DNA from: Pedobacter sp.
Lineage (GTDB): Bacteria; Desulfobacterota; Desulfuromonadia; Desulfuromonadales; Syntrophotaleaceae
Reading direction: 5' to 3'
Assembly: GCA_050253415.1 (NCBI GenBank)
Contig: JBFWJC010000001.1
Span: forward strand, 288,001 to 352,000
Length of the DNA stretch: 64,000 bases
Part shown: piece after piece, positions 51,701 to 59,861 of the stretch
Numbering within the stretch: position 1 is the first letter of the stretch
How the letters are laid out: each line of letters starts with the position of its first letter
Made by a program: the position numbers and the translations under genes
The notes under the pieces: model-generated
Database searches by the model: none
Told to the model about the DNA's origin: nothing
Seen by the model: the letters and a program-made list of their open reading frames with translations, nothing else

Positions 51701-52750
51701 TCAGACGACCTTACGCAGGAATCGCTCCTGATCGAAGGGCGCTTGATTTTTAAGCATGAAATAGACCGCGCGGCCCAGGCGATGCGCGAGGATCGCCAGC
51801 GCTTTGCCCTTGCCGTAGCGACTGGCCAGTTTTTGCAACACGGCTTGCGCCGGTTTGTTGCCTTTGAGCATCATCACCACCGCCTCACCGAAGGCCCAGC
51901 GCAGGTGTGCATTGCCGATCTTCTTGCCGCTGTGTCCATAGGATTTACCGTTCGATTCCTTGGCCGGTTTGACCAACCGGCAGTAAGAGACAAAGTCCTG
52001 CACACGGGGGAACCGCGCGATATTTTCGATTTCATAGAGCATCACCAGCAAGAGGATGCGGCCGACACCGTGAATGCTTTTGAGTAGTGCCAGATTGATA
52101 GGGTCATGGCCGACTGCGATTTTCTCCAGATGCCGCTCCAGGATGCCAAGTAGATCCTCGTAGTGCTCGATGGTCGAAAGATCGACCTCGACCATGGCGC
52201 GGACAATCGGATCCTGGAACTTGGCAGGCAGATCTCCACGCTCACTCGGCTTGGCAATCCGGCCCAAAGGCTCTGGCAGATTGTACTGAGTGGCGGTATT
52301 TTGGATATGGGCATAGAGTTCGGCCCGCTTGCGCGCCAGATGATTGCGGCGTCGCAACAGGTCACGGGTGGCGCGCATCTTTTTCGGGTAGGTGTAGGCC
52401 ACCGGGAAAGATCCGCCGCGAAGCAATACGGCAATTTTGTGGGAGTCGATCTTGTCATTTTTGGCCTTGCCGCCATGGATGGCGCGCATGTAAAGCGCAT
52501 GCCCGAGGACGAAATCGATCTCCTCGTTGGCACAGAGATCGGCCAGCCAATACCAGGTGAACATGCACTCGCAACCGACAACAAGGTCTTCGCGGTAGGG
52601 TTTAATCAGGCGTAAAAAGGCCTTTGGCCGCGTCGGGATGTTCTTGTGCAGGACCACCTCGCCAACTGAATCGAGGACACATACGAACATGGCACTGGCG
52701 TGTAGATCGATGCCGCAATAGAATCGGTGCTGTTTGGTGTAAAATTTCAT
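51701..52750 (-). CDS. IS110-family DEDD transposase/recombinase
   Basis: GIDLH, GCEC and KNDKID (DEDD); SIHGVG, ESNGK and GNAHLRWAF motifs. Confidence 0.95.
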   Translation of the reverse strand: MKFYTKQHRFYCGIDLHASAMFVCVLDSVGEVVLHKNIPTRPKAFLRLIKPYREDLVVGCECMFTWYWLADLCANEEIDFVLGHALYMRAIHGGKAKNDKIDSHKIAVLLRGGSFPVAYTYPKKMRATRDLLRRRNHLARKRAELYAHIQNTATQYNLPEPLGRIAKPSERGDLPAKFQDPIVRAMVEVDLSTIEHYEDLLGILERHLEKIAVGHDPINLALLKSIHGVGRILLLVMLYEIENIARFPRVQDFVSYCRLVKPAKESNGKSYGHSGKKIGNAHLRWAFGEAVVMMLKGNKPAQAVLQKLASRYGKGKALAILAHRLGRAVYFMLKNQAPFDQERFLRKVV

Positions 52751-52950
52751 GGTGCAGGTTCCTTTCTTTGAGAGGGTTTCGGGTTCTCAAAGGATACCGG
52801 ATGGTCCGGTATCTGGAGGGGGCCTGCACTAGTATCAAAACTTTCAAGCGGACAGGCGACACAGTGGCACTTTCCGAATAATGTCTACCAGTTTGTTTTG
52901 CGGTGGACTGCCGCTTAAAGCAATTCGTTAAGTGGCAAGAAAGATAATTA

Positions 52951-53886
52951 ATGGCATACGAATTAAATAAACGCTTAGTTGTTGGACTCGCCTCAAGCGC
53001 CCTATTTAATCTTGAGGAGTCTGATGAAATATATCGGACAAAAGGTGCCACTGCTTACCGAGAGTTCCAGCGCGAACATCAAAACAAACCATTAGAGGAA
53101 GGCGTTGCCTTCCCATTCATCAGGCGGCTCCTTTCACTCAATGAGTTGTCCCCAAGTGACCACCCTGTTGAAGTAATTTTGCTTTCTAGGAATAGTCCCG
53201 ATACTGGCATGAGAGTGATGAACTCGCTTGAATATTATGGCTTAGGGATCACAAGATCAATCTTTCTCGAGGGAAAGCCACCGTATGTGTACATTCCTTG
53301 CCTAGATATAAATTTATTTCTGTCAGCAAATGAGGCAGATGTAAAGCAGGCTAACTTAGCTAGTTATCCAGCTGGGCAAGTCCTAACCTCAAAGCACTTC
53401 GATGATCCAAACGATCATGAATTAAGAATAGCTTTCGACTTTGATGGTGTTCTCGCTGACGATGAATCTGAGACTATTTACCAAACGACGGGCGATTTAG
53501 ATGCATTTAGGGAACATGAGAGAAAACTAGCAGAAACCCCGCACAATCCAGGGCCACTTAAGGATTTTCTTGAAAAGATCGCTTACATACAAAAGCTTGA
53601 GGAAACACGGGCAAGTGAAGATAGTTCCTATAAAACTAAGATAAGAATATCAATTGTAACAGCAAGAGACGCACCATCACACAAAAGAGTAATTAACACT
53701 ATGAGAGCATGGGGGATTAACGTAAATGAGGCGTTTTTTCTTGGTGGCATCGAAAAAAGAAAAGTTCTAGAGGTGCACAATCCCCACATATTCTTCGATG
53801 ATCAAAAGCTTCACCTAGAGTCAGCGTCAGAGGTATTACCATCCGTCCATATTCCTTTTGGAATAACAAACAACAAAGTCACTTAA
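52951..53886 (+). CDS. Cassette 7: 5'-nucleotidase family protein
   Basis: LVVGLASSALF, LSRNSPDTG, LRIAFDFDGVL and PHIFFDDQ motifs. Confidence 0.88.
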   Translation: MAYELNKRLVVGLASSALFNLEESDEIYRTKGATAYREFQREHQNKPLEEGVAFPFIRRLLSLNELSPSDHPVEVILLSRNSPDTGMRVMNSLEYYGLGITRSIFLEGKPPYVYIPCLDINLFLSANEADVKQANLASYPAGQVLTSKHFDDPNDHELRIAFDFDGVLADDESETIYQTTGDLDAFREHERKLAETPHNPGPLKDFLEKIAYIQKLEETRASEDSSYKTKIRISIVTARDAPSHKRVINTMRAWGINVNEAFFLGGIEKRKVLEVHNPHIFFDDQKLHLESASEVLPSVHIPFGITNNKVT

Positions 53887-53999
53887 CAATAAAATCAGCC
53901 GGACGGAAAATACGTCTGCGCTAAATTGAAAAGCAAAACCTAAAATTGCGGTGGTGGCCGAACCTTAGGGTCGCCGCCGGTTATCATGAACCGTTCGGC
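53881..53999 (+). other. attC7 (119 bp; variant core GTTCGGC)
   Basis: ACTTAAC..ATCAGCCGGACGG ... CCGCCGGTTAT..GTTCGGC. Confidence 0.85.
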
Positions 54000-54014
54000 T
54001 TAAAGGAATTCTAG

Positions 54015-54575
54015 ATGTCTTCCATCGTTGATAAATACAAGCATGTTTGGGGTGCCAAACCTCGGATCCTGCTAAGTGAATATACGTATCAACCTGAACT
54101 AACCCGCAAGCTTGACATGCTGCAACCAAGTGATCTCAATAGCGAGATCTTTTACGAGATCATCCTTTGGAAGCTAAACCGTTTTCCGAAGCTTGAATCG
54201 GATCTGATTGGCTCGCTGAAGGAAATAGCTGGCCTTAAGCCGAAAGAGCATAGGAAGGCAATGTCGCAGCTTCGAGCACTTCTCCGATGTCCGGGTATTG
54301 CGCTTCCGATGGCCTCTACTGTCTTGCGATTTCTGAATCCAGACGTATTCCAGATCATCGACGATCGTGTGTACCGCATCGTGCTTTCCGGAAAGGCCAA
54401 ATACCCGACCAAGCCTACGAGGGTTACCGAGAACTACTTGGCTACAAGCGCGATGATTTACTTCGATTACTTGGATGCTTTGCACGAACAATGCTGTGCG
54501 GAGCTTCCGTTCTCGGAAGCTGATCGAATCTTATACCAACTTGATAAAAAGCTGGGCAATAAGATTGGCGATTAA
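54015..54575 (+). CDS. Cassette 8: hypothetical protein with HhH glycosylase-like motif
   Basis: CPGIALPMASTVLRFLNP..IIDDRV; AAGGA RBS. Confidence 0.7.
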   Translation: MSSIVDKYKHVWGAKPRILLSEYTYQPELTRKLDMLQPSDLNSEIFYEIILWKLNRFPKLESDLIGSLKEIAGLKPKEHRKAMSQLRALLRCPGIALPMASTVLRFLNPDVFQIIDDRVYRIVLSGKAKYPTKPTRVTENYLATSAMIYFDYLDALHEQCCAELPFSEADRILYQLDKKLGNKIGD

Positions 54576-54653
54576 GCCTAACCATCCCATTGAGTGGGCG
54601 TCTTACAGCAAGCTTCGCTTGCTTCCAGTCGTCGCTCATGTCAGTCGTCAAAC
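54576..54653 (+). other. attC8 (78 bp; core mutated to GTCAAAC)
   Basis: GCCTAAC..CAT[T]GAGTGGGCG ... CGTCGCTCATG..GTCAAAC. Confidence 0.8.
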
Positions 54654-54667
54654 AATCCGGAGAAACA

Positions 54668-55765
54668 ATGGCATCAGGTGTGGTTGCTGACAATTGGTCG
54701 TTACAGGATATTGCTACCCTTTTTACTGAAGGGCTTGAGCGTGATATCGCTGGTGAAATTGTACTTAAAGATGATCAACATTTTTACAGCCCGATTTCAA
54801 GAGCCATCGTTCAGACAGAGGCACTATTTGATTTTATTACGGATCTCATACTACGCGATGAGATCCTGGTTGAGGATAAATTTACATATTCATGGGAAAG
54901 GGTTAACAGTCCAATACTTGAGGCAAAGCATGTTGGTGTTGTGCGAGCATATCCGTTCTTATCTGAACCTGAAAAAATTGCAGGGCCGCGTGACCGGATC
55001 GTAGATCATATTTGTTCAACGGAATCGTTGCGATTAGCTCATCAAAAAAATGTTGATGGTTGGAATGCTAGCAGACAAACGCCAGACCCTCTTTTATCTG
55101 CAACCTTGTGGGGAGGGGCAGGCATGTGTGCCAGAAGCTTTGTCTATGAAAAAAGCTATACCCCGCACCCTCTGAGAAAAAGACTATTTGTAAATTCAGG
55201 GTTTATGTTGCCTGCAGCTGATGCCCTTCATCAGTTGACTACTTTTTTGAATGACAAGAAAGTTAACGTTACCAAAAAAATATATGGTAATGATGCTCTG
55301 TTTTCGGCGTACGTTAATATTCCAGCGTTACCTGTAAGGGTAATTCAAGAATCGAGCTCAGCCAGCCAAATGATTTCAACCGCACTACAAATGAGAGATG
55401 ATTTTCAATCAATGCGTGATTGGTTGAAAATGTTCCAAAATGCGATGAGCGATGATGATACTACTAGTCTGTTGAAGTACAGGAAGCAGCTGGACTCTGT
55501 AAGTCAATACATAGACAAAAAAATTGGATATGGGGCTACATCCGGGCCTGTGACAATGGAAGCAGGAATGGGTATTTTTAAGATCGCCACACAAGGCAAT
55601 CCACTGGAAAATATAAAAAATCAATTTGGTATAAGAGCAACACTTAACAAATTGATTTTCGGAAGCGCTGGGCGCGCAGAAATAAAGAAATATATCCGCA
55701 TGTTTGGTGAGAAAGGGTCAGAAATTGGCTATGAAATTGAACACTCCTTTACACAAAATGCTTAA
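54668..55765 (+). CDS. Cassette 9: hypothetical protein, 365 aa
   Basis: GGAG RBS; stop lies within GCTTAAC. Confidence 0.8.
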   Translation: MASGVVADNWSLQDIATLFTEGLERDIAGEIVLKDDQHFYSPISRAIVQTEALFDFITDLILRDEILVEDKFTYSWERVNSPILEAKHVGVVRAYPFLSEPEKIAGPRDRIVDHICSTESLRLAHQKNVDGWNASRQTPDPLLSATLWGGAGMCARSFVYEKSYTPHPLRKRLFVNSGFMLPAADALHQLTTFLNDKKVNVTKKIYGNDALFSAYVNIPALPVRVIQESSSASQMISTALQMRDDFQSMRDWLKMFQNAMSDDDTTSLLKYRKQLDSVSQYIDKKIGYGATSGPVTMEAGMGIFKIATQGNPLENIKNQFGIRATLNKLIFGSAGRAEIKKYIRMFGEKGSEIGYEIEHSFTQNA

Positions 55766-55808
55766 CAATGCATTGCAGCGGACAAGCAGCTGAATGAGGA
55801 CGTTATGT
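55760..55808 (+). other. attC9 (49 bp, very short)
   Basis: GCTTAAC-N5-ATT[G]CAGC-N9-GCTGAAT-N6-GTTATGT. Confidence 0.75.
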
Positions 55809-55930
55809 AGAAAATAGGGACACTCCCCTATTTTAGAAGAGCTTCTGATCAATCTTGAAAGGAAAAAGGGTTCAAGTCTTAGAATAAAAGAGGGACACTC
55901 CCCTTATTTCTTAGGGGAGTTGATAAATAG

Positions 55931-56006
55931 GCATAACAAGGCAAATTAACTCTGTTCGCAAATTCCGCTGCGCTCCCTTCGCGCCCGGTTATTTGCAAAG
56001 TTAGAC
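55931..56006 (+). other. attC10 (76 bp), closing an ORF-less cassette
   Basis: GCATAAC..GCAAAT[T]AAC ... GTTATTTGC..GTTAGAC. Confidence 0.8.
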
Positions 56007-56028
56007 ATCCGAAATAAAGAGAGGTGCA

Positions 56029-56433
56029 ATGAGGCTTATTCGCGAATCGAGTGGAGCATTTACTGGAGGGGCGCTAGGTGCACTTCTTGATAGTTTCAAT
56101 ATCTGGTTTATGGGCGTAGTTGGCCTTTCTGATTTGATCGGCATAACCATGAAACCAGAGTTCACCGCACAGTGGGCCTACAAGCGCATGATTTGGGGTG
56201 GGATCTGGATGCTTTTGCTCCTTATCCCAATTTGGCGTAGTAGGACAATACTGAGAGGCATGGTGTTCAGTCTTGCGCCCTCAGCGATGATGCTCTTTGT
56301 TGTGCTCCCCTCTATGGGCAAGGGCATGTTGGGGCTGGGCTTTGGTACTCTCATGCCGGTAGTAGTAATCGGCCTCAATTTCATATATGGAATATTTGCG
56401 TCATTTTGGTTTATGAAAACCGCTGCAGATTAA
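56029..56433 (+). CDS. Cassette 11: membrane protein
   Basis: GAGG RBS; four hydrophobic segments; followed by an attC left arm (GCTTAAC at 56449 ..CAAGCGGACGG). Confidence 0.8.
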   Translation: MRLIRESSGAFTGGALGALLDSFNIWFMGVVGLSDLIGITMKPEFTAQWAYKRMIWGGIWMLLLLIPIWRSRTILRGMVFSLAPSAMMLFVVLPSMGKGMLGLGFGTLMPVVVIGLNFIYGIFASFWFMKTAAD

Positions 56434-56646
56434 TCAGGTATGAAAAATGCTTAACAAGCAAAACAAGCGGACGGAATGGGGCTGAAAGGAGAAAAGAGGG
56501 ACACTCCCCACATTTTGGAGAGCGTCTGAGGGATCATGGGCAAATGATGGGGGCAGGCTTCCACGTTTGCAATTTACACCGTCTTAAAGAGGCGCCTCCG
56601 ATAGCCCTAAATGAACCCAGAATATATTCTTTTAGAAGGAATTTGG

Positions 56647-56751
56647 ATGAAACAACTGACAGTATTAATATTTATTTTGATCACTACAATTTTTCTTTCA
56701 GGGTGTGGTATCCCAGATCTGCCTGGTCCTATCGGGATTCCAGGGCTTTAG
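56647..56751 (+). CDS. 34-aa small lipoprotein
   Basis: MKQLTVLIFILITTIFLSGC-GIPDLPGPIGIPGL; AAGGA RBS; LSGC lipobox. Confidence 0.7.
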   Translation: MKQLTVLIFILITTIFLSGCGIPDLPGPIGIPGL

Positions 56752-56811
56752 TAGGGAGAGCAAAGGGGGACACTTCCAGTCTTCATTGATTTTTACACTT
56801 TCTAAAACATC

Positions 56812-56846
56812 AAAAGGCCCGCCTGTAATCCCAGGTCGGGCCTTTT
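56812..56846. terminator. Bidirectional terminator
   Basis: AAAAGGCCC..GGGCCTTTT hairpin between convergent ORFs. Confidence 0.75.
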
Positions 56847-56875
56847 CTATTTCTGTCTCGTGTGGAGGACTTGAG

Positions 56876-57067
56876 TCAGGAAGTTAAATCCTGTTTTCGC
56901 CGCAAAACAGCTATTCGTTGCTCAGCTTCTGCGTGGCTCAAGACCACAGAATGGGGCTCAAGGGTGTGCCTGTCGTCAAGATACATCATAACTTCCACCA
57001 CATGGGTGCCGTGATTATAAAAAGACAAAATCTCGCCAGGGTCGACGAACTCAAAAATCTTTTCCAT
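56876..57067 (-). CDS. Small hypothetical protein, 63 aa
   Basis: MEKIFEFVDPGE.. after an AAGGA RBS; ends before the terminator. Confidence 0.6.
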   Translation of the reverse strand: MEKIFEFVDPGEILSFYNHGTHVVEVMMYLDDRHTLEPHSVVLSHAEAEQRIAVLRRKQDLTS

Positions 57068-57365
57068 AAGCTTTTCCTTTATGGGGTCGATCGCCTGCGG
57101 CGGATCTGTTAGCATCGATTTCTGCGGATAATAGCATATTTGTTGCCCGTCTTGTCCTTCTTTGTGGTCCCGGAACAGAGGGTTCCCTTTCACGTGTTGT
57201 TGGTCTGGCGAATCAGGTCTATACTCAGTAGTTGAATCGCAAGTTAAAAAAACGACCCAAAAGAAAACTGGAGCGTATCCCCGGTTTTTCCAATTGTGCA
57301 CACAGTGGATCGCCTGCGGTTACTGAGCTCAGGCGTTAGGCAGCAAATATGAATGGGAAGTAAAC

Positions 57366-57650
57366 ATGAAGAGACTTATAGTTTTATTGATAATTTTGTT
57401 GTTTGCCCAATATGCCATTGCAGCACTGCCACCACGATATCAAAACATCAAAGATTTGGATGTCATGGTGGAATATATCAAGGAACATCCCGAGATTGCA
57501 GCTACTTTGAAGGCTATTGATTTTTCGGAGCACACTATTTTTTATGGCAACGGCTGTAAGGCGGTTTTTGATAGGAAGTCAACGGTTAAACCTTCAGGAT
57601 GGGTGGGGCCCGCAGCTCCCTTGGAGTTCAAAAGGTCAACCTGTCCGTAA
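57366..57650 (+). CDS. Cassette-derived exported protein
   Basis: Signal peptide; preceded by an attC right arm ending GTTAGGC (57335-41) and followed by a left arm starting ACCTAAC (57683). Confidence 0.8.
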   Translation: MKRLIVLLIILLFAQYAIAALPPRYQNIKDLDVMVEYIKEHPEIAATLKAIDFSEHTIFYGNGCKAVFDRKSTVKPSGWVGPAAPLEFKRSTCP

Positions 57651-57780
57651 AATGAATGTCAAAAATCCCATTGTAATGTCATACCTAACAAGACCAATGC
57701 ACGCGGACCGGACCTTTCCTCCAAACGTCACCTCGTCAACGCTTATCGAGAACAATGTGTTTATTTCGAAAGGATAACTC

Positions 57781-58389
57781 ATGGAAACGATAGAAGCGAT
57801 CCGTTCACGTCGATCTGTAAAACATTTTGAGGCAAGCCACGTTATGACCGCCGAAGAAGCTAACGAGATTTTGTCATTAGCTATTCTTTCGCCTACCGCC
57901 TTCAATATTCAGAACTGGCGTTTTGTTGTTGTCGATGATGCTGACCTGAGGAGGAAGATAAGGGAGGTGTCCTGGGGGCAATCACAAGTGACGGAGACTT
58001 CTTTGTTTATCGTACTTTGCGCAGATCTGAAGGCCTGGGAAAAAGAACCCGGGCGATATTGGGTAAATGCGCCAAAGGAAGTTCAGGAGTTTGTGATTCC
58101 GGCTATCGATAATTATTATCGGGGCAAGGAGCGGGTGCAGAGAGACGAAGCTATGCGCTCCTGTGGCATTGTTGCGCAAACGATCATGCTTGCGGCGAAG
58201 TCATTGGGGTATGACTCCTGTCCTATGGATGGTTTTGATTTCGAGAAGGTTGCACAGCTTATTCGTCTTCCGGATGACCATGTCATTGCTATGTTTGTAG
58301 CCATCGGAAAGGGCACGAAAGAGGTCTGGCCACGGCCCGGGCAACTTAGCCTTAATGATGTGGTCGTCAAAAATGTGTTTGGGGAATGA
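57781..58389 (+). CDS. Nitroreductase family protein
   Basis: RRSVKHF, SPTAFNIQNWRF and GYDSCPMDGFD motifs. Confidence 0.92.
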   Translation: METIEAIRSRRSVKHFEASHVMTAEEANEILSLAILSPTAFNIQNWRFVVVDDADLRRKIREVSWGQSQVTETSLFIVLCADLKAWEKEPGRYWVNAPKEVQEFVIPAIDNYYRGKERVQRDEAMRSCGIVAQTIMLAAKSLGYDSCPMDGFDFEKVAQLIRLPDDHVIAMFVAIGKGTKEVWPRPGQLSLNDVVVKNVFGE

Positions 58390-58449
58390 CATATCAAATT
58401 AATTCACCGGACTGGTCCCCCCAAAAAAATAAAATCAAAAAGGAATAGA

Positions 58450-58860
58450 GTGTCCCAGCATCTTGTTGTCATTGCACAGTTTCGAGATCTTCCATCTGCC
58501 GGTCTTGCTCAAGCCACACTTGAGGCGTCTGGAATCAGGTGCTTTCTCGACAATCAATATACGATTGGGATCAATTGGCTTTATTCCAACGCTTTGGGTG
58601 GCGTCAAGTTGCGGGTGATGGAAGCCGATGCCGAAAAAGCAAGAGACATCCTGCAAAATCAAATGGATAGCAGTCATGTGGTTGATGATCCTGCAGACGA
58701 AAGACTTCCCGATTCTATCTGCCCAAAATGCGGCTCAACGGAAATAAAGGGCATTGATTACAAAAGACGGTTTTCGGCTTTGAGTTTACTTGTTGGTTTT
58801 CCATTGCTGATTTTTGGAAAGCGGTGCCGTTGCAAAATATGCGGCCACAGATGGAAATAG
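58450..58860 (+). CDS. DUF2007-like protein with zinc ribbon
   Basis: LEASGI..GGVKLRV..DAEKA; CPKC and CKICGH motifs. Confidence 0.75.
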   Translation: MSQHLVVIAQFRDLPSAGLAQATLEASGIRCFLDNQYTIGINWLYSNALGGVKLRVMEADAEKARDILQNQMDSSHVVDDPADERLPDSICPKCGSTEIKGIDYKRRFSALSLLVGFPLLIFGKRCRCKICGHRWK

Positions 58861-59140
58861 TTCACAGCTGTCAGATTCCCGCATAACTCCTGACCCCTAT
58901 TTTAAATGGGAATCGGGACGGCGATTGTGGGTTTGGGGTGGCGGGAGCGCAGGTCAACCCATCAGCTCCAGGGGCAGCTAAGATCATTTGGTCCAGGCGC
59001 GCGTAGTTGCGCGAAGCCGAATCAGGAGAAGATAAACGTCGTGGATCTAACCAGTGAATGGCCTTGAATTGCGTCTGCAGATAGGAAGGCTCTTTCGGGG
59101 AGCAAAGGAAGCCATAGAGGCTCAGGTTTCCAAAATTTGA

Positions 59141-59174
59141 AAAGGCCCTCCCCCGGATGGGAGGGTGGGCCTTT
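59141..59174. terminator. Intrinsic terminator-like hairpin
   Basis: AAAGGCCC..GGGCCTTTT hairpin downstream of the minus-strand ORF. Confidence 0.7.
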
Positions 59175-59221
59175 TCTGTATATGGTCGAAGTGTGTCGTC
59201 CGACGTTTTCCGAAAAAATTT

Positions 59222-59470
59222 TTACGACGTTTTTTCTCTCCAGTCGATATTTTTTCTGGATTTGAGGCATCGGCATTTGTTGCAGAAAAAGCCGGTGCCG
59301 CATTTGACGTGCACCTCGAGCTGTTCCCCGCACTCGGGACAGTGGGGTTCCATGTCGAGTTCGTCATACATGGGGTAGTCGTTGCAGATTTCACATAGAA
59401 ATTTGCGCCCCTCAGGGGTTAACTCCGGGATCGTTTCGCGACCGCATATCTTACATATTCTTCGAAGCAT
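59222..59470 (-). CDS. Small Cys-rich zinc-ribbon protein
   Basis: Repeated CxxC motifs (CKIC, CEIC, CPEC, CNKC); AGGAAAGG RBS. Confidence 0.65.
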   Translation of the reverse strand: MLRRICKICGRETIPELTPEGRKFLCEICNDYPMYDELDMEPHCPECGEQLEVHVKCGTGFFCNKCRCLKSRKNIDWREKTS

Positions 59471-59701
59471 ACACACCTTTCCTGTATGGTTTTCAATTCA
59501 ATTTCCCTGCCTCTAACGGCGAATTTTCGCGAGGCCGGGGCAAAAGACGGCCTTATTGTATAACAAAAGCGGCAAGATAAGGAAACGGTTTCCCCTTGGG
59601 CAAGTTCAAAAGGCCCTGCATTCATGAACCTCTCTCCTTTTTGAAATTAGGCTAGGCAAACAAATACTTGCACGTAGGTATAGAGGTGCCTAATATGAAG
59701 T

Positions 59702-59810
59702 ATGGCCAGAATCGTAAAGGGCGTAATCCCGGGTTACCGCATCACGTTACCCAAAGAGGATCCCGACGATCACGAACCTTCTTATCCGGTAGATGTTTCT
59801 GGCATACCGT
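59702..59810 (+). pseudogene. Frameshifted N-terminal remnant of a RAYT/IS200-like Y1 transposase
   Basis: MARIVKGVIPG, then after a frameshift PHHVTQRGSRRSRTF; resembles the RAYT N-terminus (MAR..PG.PHHVTQRGNRR..F). Confidence 0.7.
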
Positions 59811-59861
59811 CGATCCATTTCCTGATGTTTGATTCATCCACCATCTTCACCAGGAGGTCCT

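Larger units (their letters stand above)
51180..52835 (-). mobile_element. IS110-family (IS1111-like) insertion sequence in attC6
   Basis: Flanked by a repeated CA core (51178-79, 52836-37); 9-bp subterminal IRs CAGGCCCCC (51185-93) and GGGGGCCTG (52818-26); long 3' non-coding region. Confidence 0.92.
51172..52933 (+). other. attC6, split by an IS110 insertion (51172-51179 plus 52838-52933)
   Basis: Removing the IS restores GCCTAAC-AAAA-CTTT[C]AAGCGG[A]CAG ... CTGCCGCTTAAAG..GTTAAGT. Confidence 0.9.
55811..56777. repeat. Cluster of REP-like GGGACACT(C/T)CC motifs
   Basis: AGGGACACTCCCC at 55816, 55891 and 56497; GGGACACTTCC at 56767. Confidence 0.7.
47882..58903 (+). mobile_element. Integron gene-cassette array with no integrase in the window (10 complete cassettes plus eroded tail)
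   Basis: Co-oriented, AT-rich single ORFs, each bounded by (R)YYYAAC..GTTRRRY hairpins. In cassettes 1-7 the starting GTTnnnn is the exact reverse complement of the cassette's own terminal nnnnAAC. Confidence 0.93.

Noticed and set aside
47882..56006. CRISPR interpretation of the recurring motifs
   Set aside because: The repeats are variable 49-119 bp hairpins separated by whole genes, with attC box structure, and no cas genes are present.
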